NCBI RefSeq assembly: GCF_964204645.1
Contig: NC_134025.1
Location: 3,968,001-4,032,000 of the forward strand
DNA: 64,000 nt
DNA from: Tubulanus polymorphus
Lineage: Eukaryota; Animalia; Nemertea
Direction of reading: 5' to 3'
Notes under the pieces: model-generated
Database searches by the model: none
The model's input: the letters and a program-made list of their open reading frames with translations, nothing else
Told to the model about the DNA's origin: nothing
Position numbers and translations under genes: made by a program
Shown: positions 61,995-64,000 of the stretch, piece after piece
Layout: the number at the start of each line of letters is the position of its first letter
Position numbering within the stretch: position 1 is the first letter of the stretch

Positions 61995-63960
61995 TTAGGT
62001 TGGTGGTTTCATAATCCACTGCTTCGTTGTGTACATGTTCAGCAAAGAATCCGCTAGAGATTTTGACCAACAAGGACGACATTGTGAAGCTTGCACCGGA
62101 GACAAAGAAGGCATTACTGTATAGATAATACTAATGACAGCCATAAATGCTACTAGACCGACAAGTAACAAGCGCAACTTATGTCCGAGTTTATCCCATT
62201 CTGGAACCAACTGCCATACTTTTTCCAATAAAGTTTCCGTTTCACTAAAATAGGAAATAAACCATACATGATGATACAATCAACAGGGCTGCCAAACTCT
62301 GAAACGTGCTATCAGTAACAAATTGTAAAACTTTTTCAGTATCATTTCATTGAAATATGGAAGAAAATATTCAAATTAATCAGTAATTGACAGTAAGAGC
62401 CTCAGTAACATTTTTCATATTTCTGTATGTATTAGTCAAATCATAACAGTATTTTTTGTTATAAAATAGTAACAATTGGTACTGAAAATTAGGAACAGTT
62501 GGCAGTTTTGAATAAATAGACCCAGTATACATAAAAATGATTTCTAAATGTGTGGCTGAGAGTGAAGTGTATAATTTCAAATAGGTTCACTCTTATAGTA
62601 CATGTATATACTTCAACATTTCATTAATTCATTGTACATAATATATGAATTATGATTATCAGCAAAATAGAGAATACAAATAATTGGTGTTTAATCCAAT
62701 TTTGGAGTTGCTTGGGTTCGGATATAATAAGGCTGTAAAACCTACGAATCAATTTTCTGAATTATCACAAATTACTTACAATTCTTCATCTTCTTCATCT
62801 GGCAAATCATTCAGATCCATTAATTCTTCGAGTCCTTCACCAAATGCTGCCTGTTGCTCTCTAAACCCGTTCAAATCTTGTGATAATCCAGTACGCATAC
62901 CCTGTTCAAACCTGTTGGCAAAATACATTTGTTATAGTTCTTACTATCTTAACTTTCCATTTCAATTTGGTCCTCTAGACTCTTACCCTTTTTGGAATAT
63001 CTGCTCCTTTTCTTCAGGGCCCCAATCAACAGTTTTCTTCTCATTAGCATTCGCATCTTTATTACAATCTGATAAAGGTTTCTCAACACTGAATTCGATA
63101 ACATATTCAAAATTTGTTAGTAAAACTTTTGTCAGATTTACCAAGCGTTTTTACAGTGGGTATAATAGTCATCACGAAAACATACCTTGGTTTAACTTGC
63201 AGGTTCTTTACATTTTCAGGTGTCTGTTTTTGGTCCTTTTGTTCCAATGAACATGTCCTTGCTGTTGTACTAAACGTGGGTTGCAGTCTACTCCTGGGGT
63301 CCTGAAAGTATCACAGCAAATTTTCAAAACTGACAAAAATCATAATACATGATTTATCTTAGTGTGTATAGATACTCAATGAATAAATAATACAACAGAG
63401 TGAAATTTGACAATCATAGCATGAATGAAACCTTACATGTAACACTTATAGAGCATGGTTTCCCGAGCAGAATTTATAAGATAAAACAGCGGAAAATTAC
63501 ATGTAATAGGAAGAATAATCAGCTAATCTATTACAAATCATAACATTCACCCTTCAGAAGCCTGTATTTGAAGTGACTAGGACATTTTCAAAATTCTTTC
63601 TCAAAAAGACTCTCTCAATTGTCAGAAGCGCGAAAGATATTCAGTTTGATTGATTGAGTAAATCAACAGCATACATCATTGATCATTGGAAAAAATAAAA
63701 GATTTCATCCAAGGAGACCTAACGGGCAGGTCCATAAAACCGGTGAGAAGGATAAGAGTAAGACAGTTGATATTGTATAAAGACACAACACTGACATGTC
63801 TTACCTCGACACTAGGTAATACTGAGCCCCGCCTCATTCCAATTTGCTGGCATTCAATAGAGAAAAACAAAAAAAGATAAGGCACCCATCACAAAATAAA
63901 TGCCCCAATCACCAAAACCTTATTTCAATACGTTCTGTAGTAAGCGTTCCCGCGGAAACT
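61995..63960 (-). CDS. 3' part of an unidentified protein with an acidic segment and one C-terminal transmembrane helix (tail-anchored type); 5' end outside the window
   Basis: Exons near 63302-63187, 63088-62987, 62911-62779 and 62245-61995 splice in frame: DPRSRLQPTF...KKTVDWGPEEKEQIFQKGFEQGMRTG...DLPDEEDEEFETETLLEKVWQLVPEWDKLGHKLRLLLVGLVAFMAVISIIYTVMP...KQWIMKPPT*. A probable upstream 42-nt exon reads QIGMRRGSVLPSVE. The upstream boundary is uncertain. Confidence 0.7.
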
Positions 63961-64000
63961 GTCAAGGTGATAAGAAAAGTATCCTTAAGCTCCATTCAAA

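Noticed and set aside
62684-63305. 188-aa plus-strand ORF
   Set aside because: Antisense to spliced exons of the minus-strand gene and runs through its introns.
63979-63988. GTATCCTTAA resembling a U12 donor
   Set aside because: It is on the plus strand, where no gene is evident. Similar words near 7851 and 10793 are not at exon boundaries.

Overview
AT-rich eukaryotic genomic DNA with mostly 55-100 nt GT-AG introns. It is probably from an invertebrate bilaterian with a compact genome (possibly spiralian); the taxon cannot be fixed from this window. Hand-splicing gives, in order: a probable first coding exon of a gene leaving the window leftwards, a 7-exon uncharacterised coiled-coil gene (+), LDLRAP1/ARH (-), VPS13D (-, ~23 kb), PHB1 (+, head-to-head with VPS13D), ABCG5 (-) and ABCG8 (+) head-to-head, DONSON (+) and SON (-) tail-to-tail, a ~4 kb transposon-relic zone, and the 3' part of an unidentified tail-anchored protein gene (-). 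Main points of interest: (1) the ABCG5/ABCG8 pair keeps the vertebrate arrangement but has canonical motifs at both ATP sites, unlike the human pair; (2) the rare long introns hide well-formed candidate exons, namely 15-nt and 36-nt in-frame exons in VPS13D and stop-containing exons plus a hairpin just before the SON G-patch; (3) DONSON has a U12-type intron; (4) a VPS13D intron holds a tRNA-SINE split in its B-box by a TIR element with a 6-bp TSD, itself carrying a Tc1 MITE; (5) TACCGGTA and TACATGTA words resembling transposon footprints are over-represented. No database searches were run. Gene names and human comparisons come from recalled motifs, and all alternative exons are predictions.
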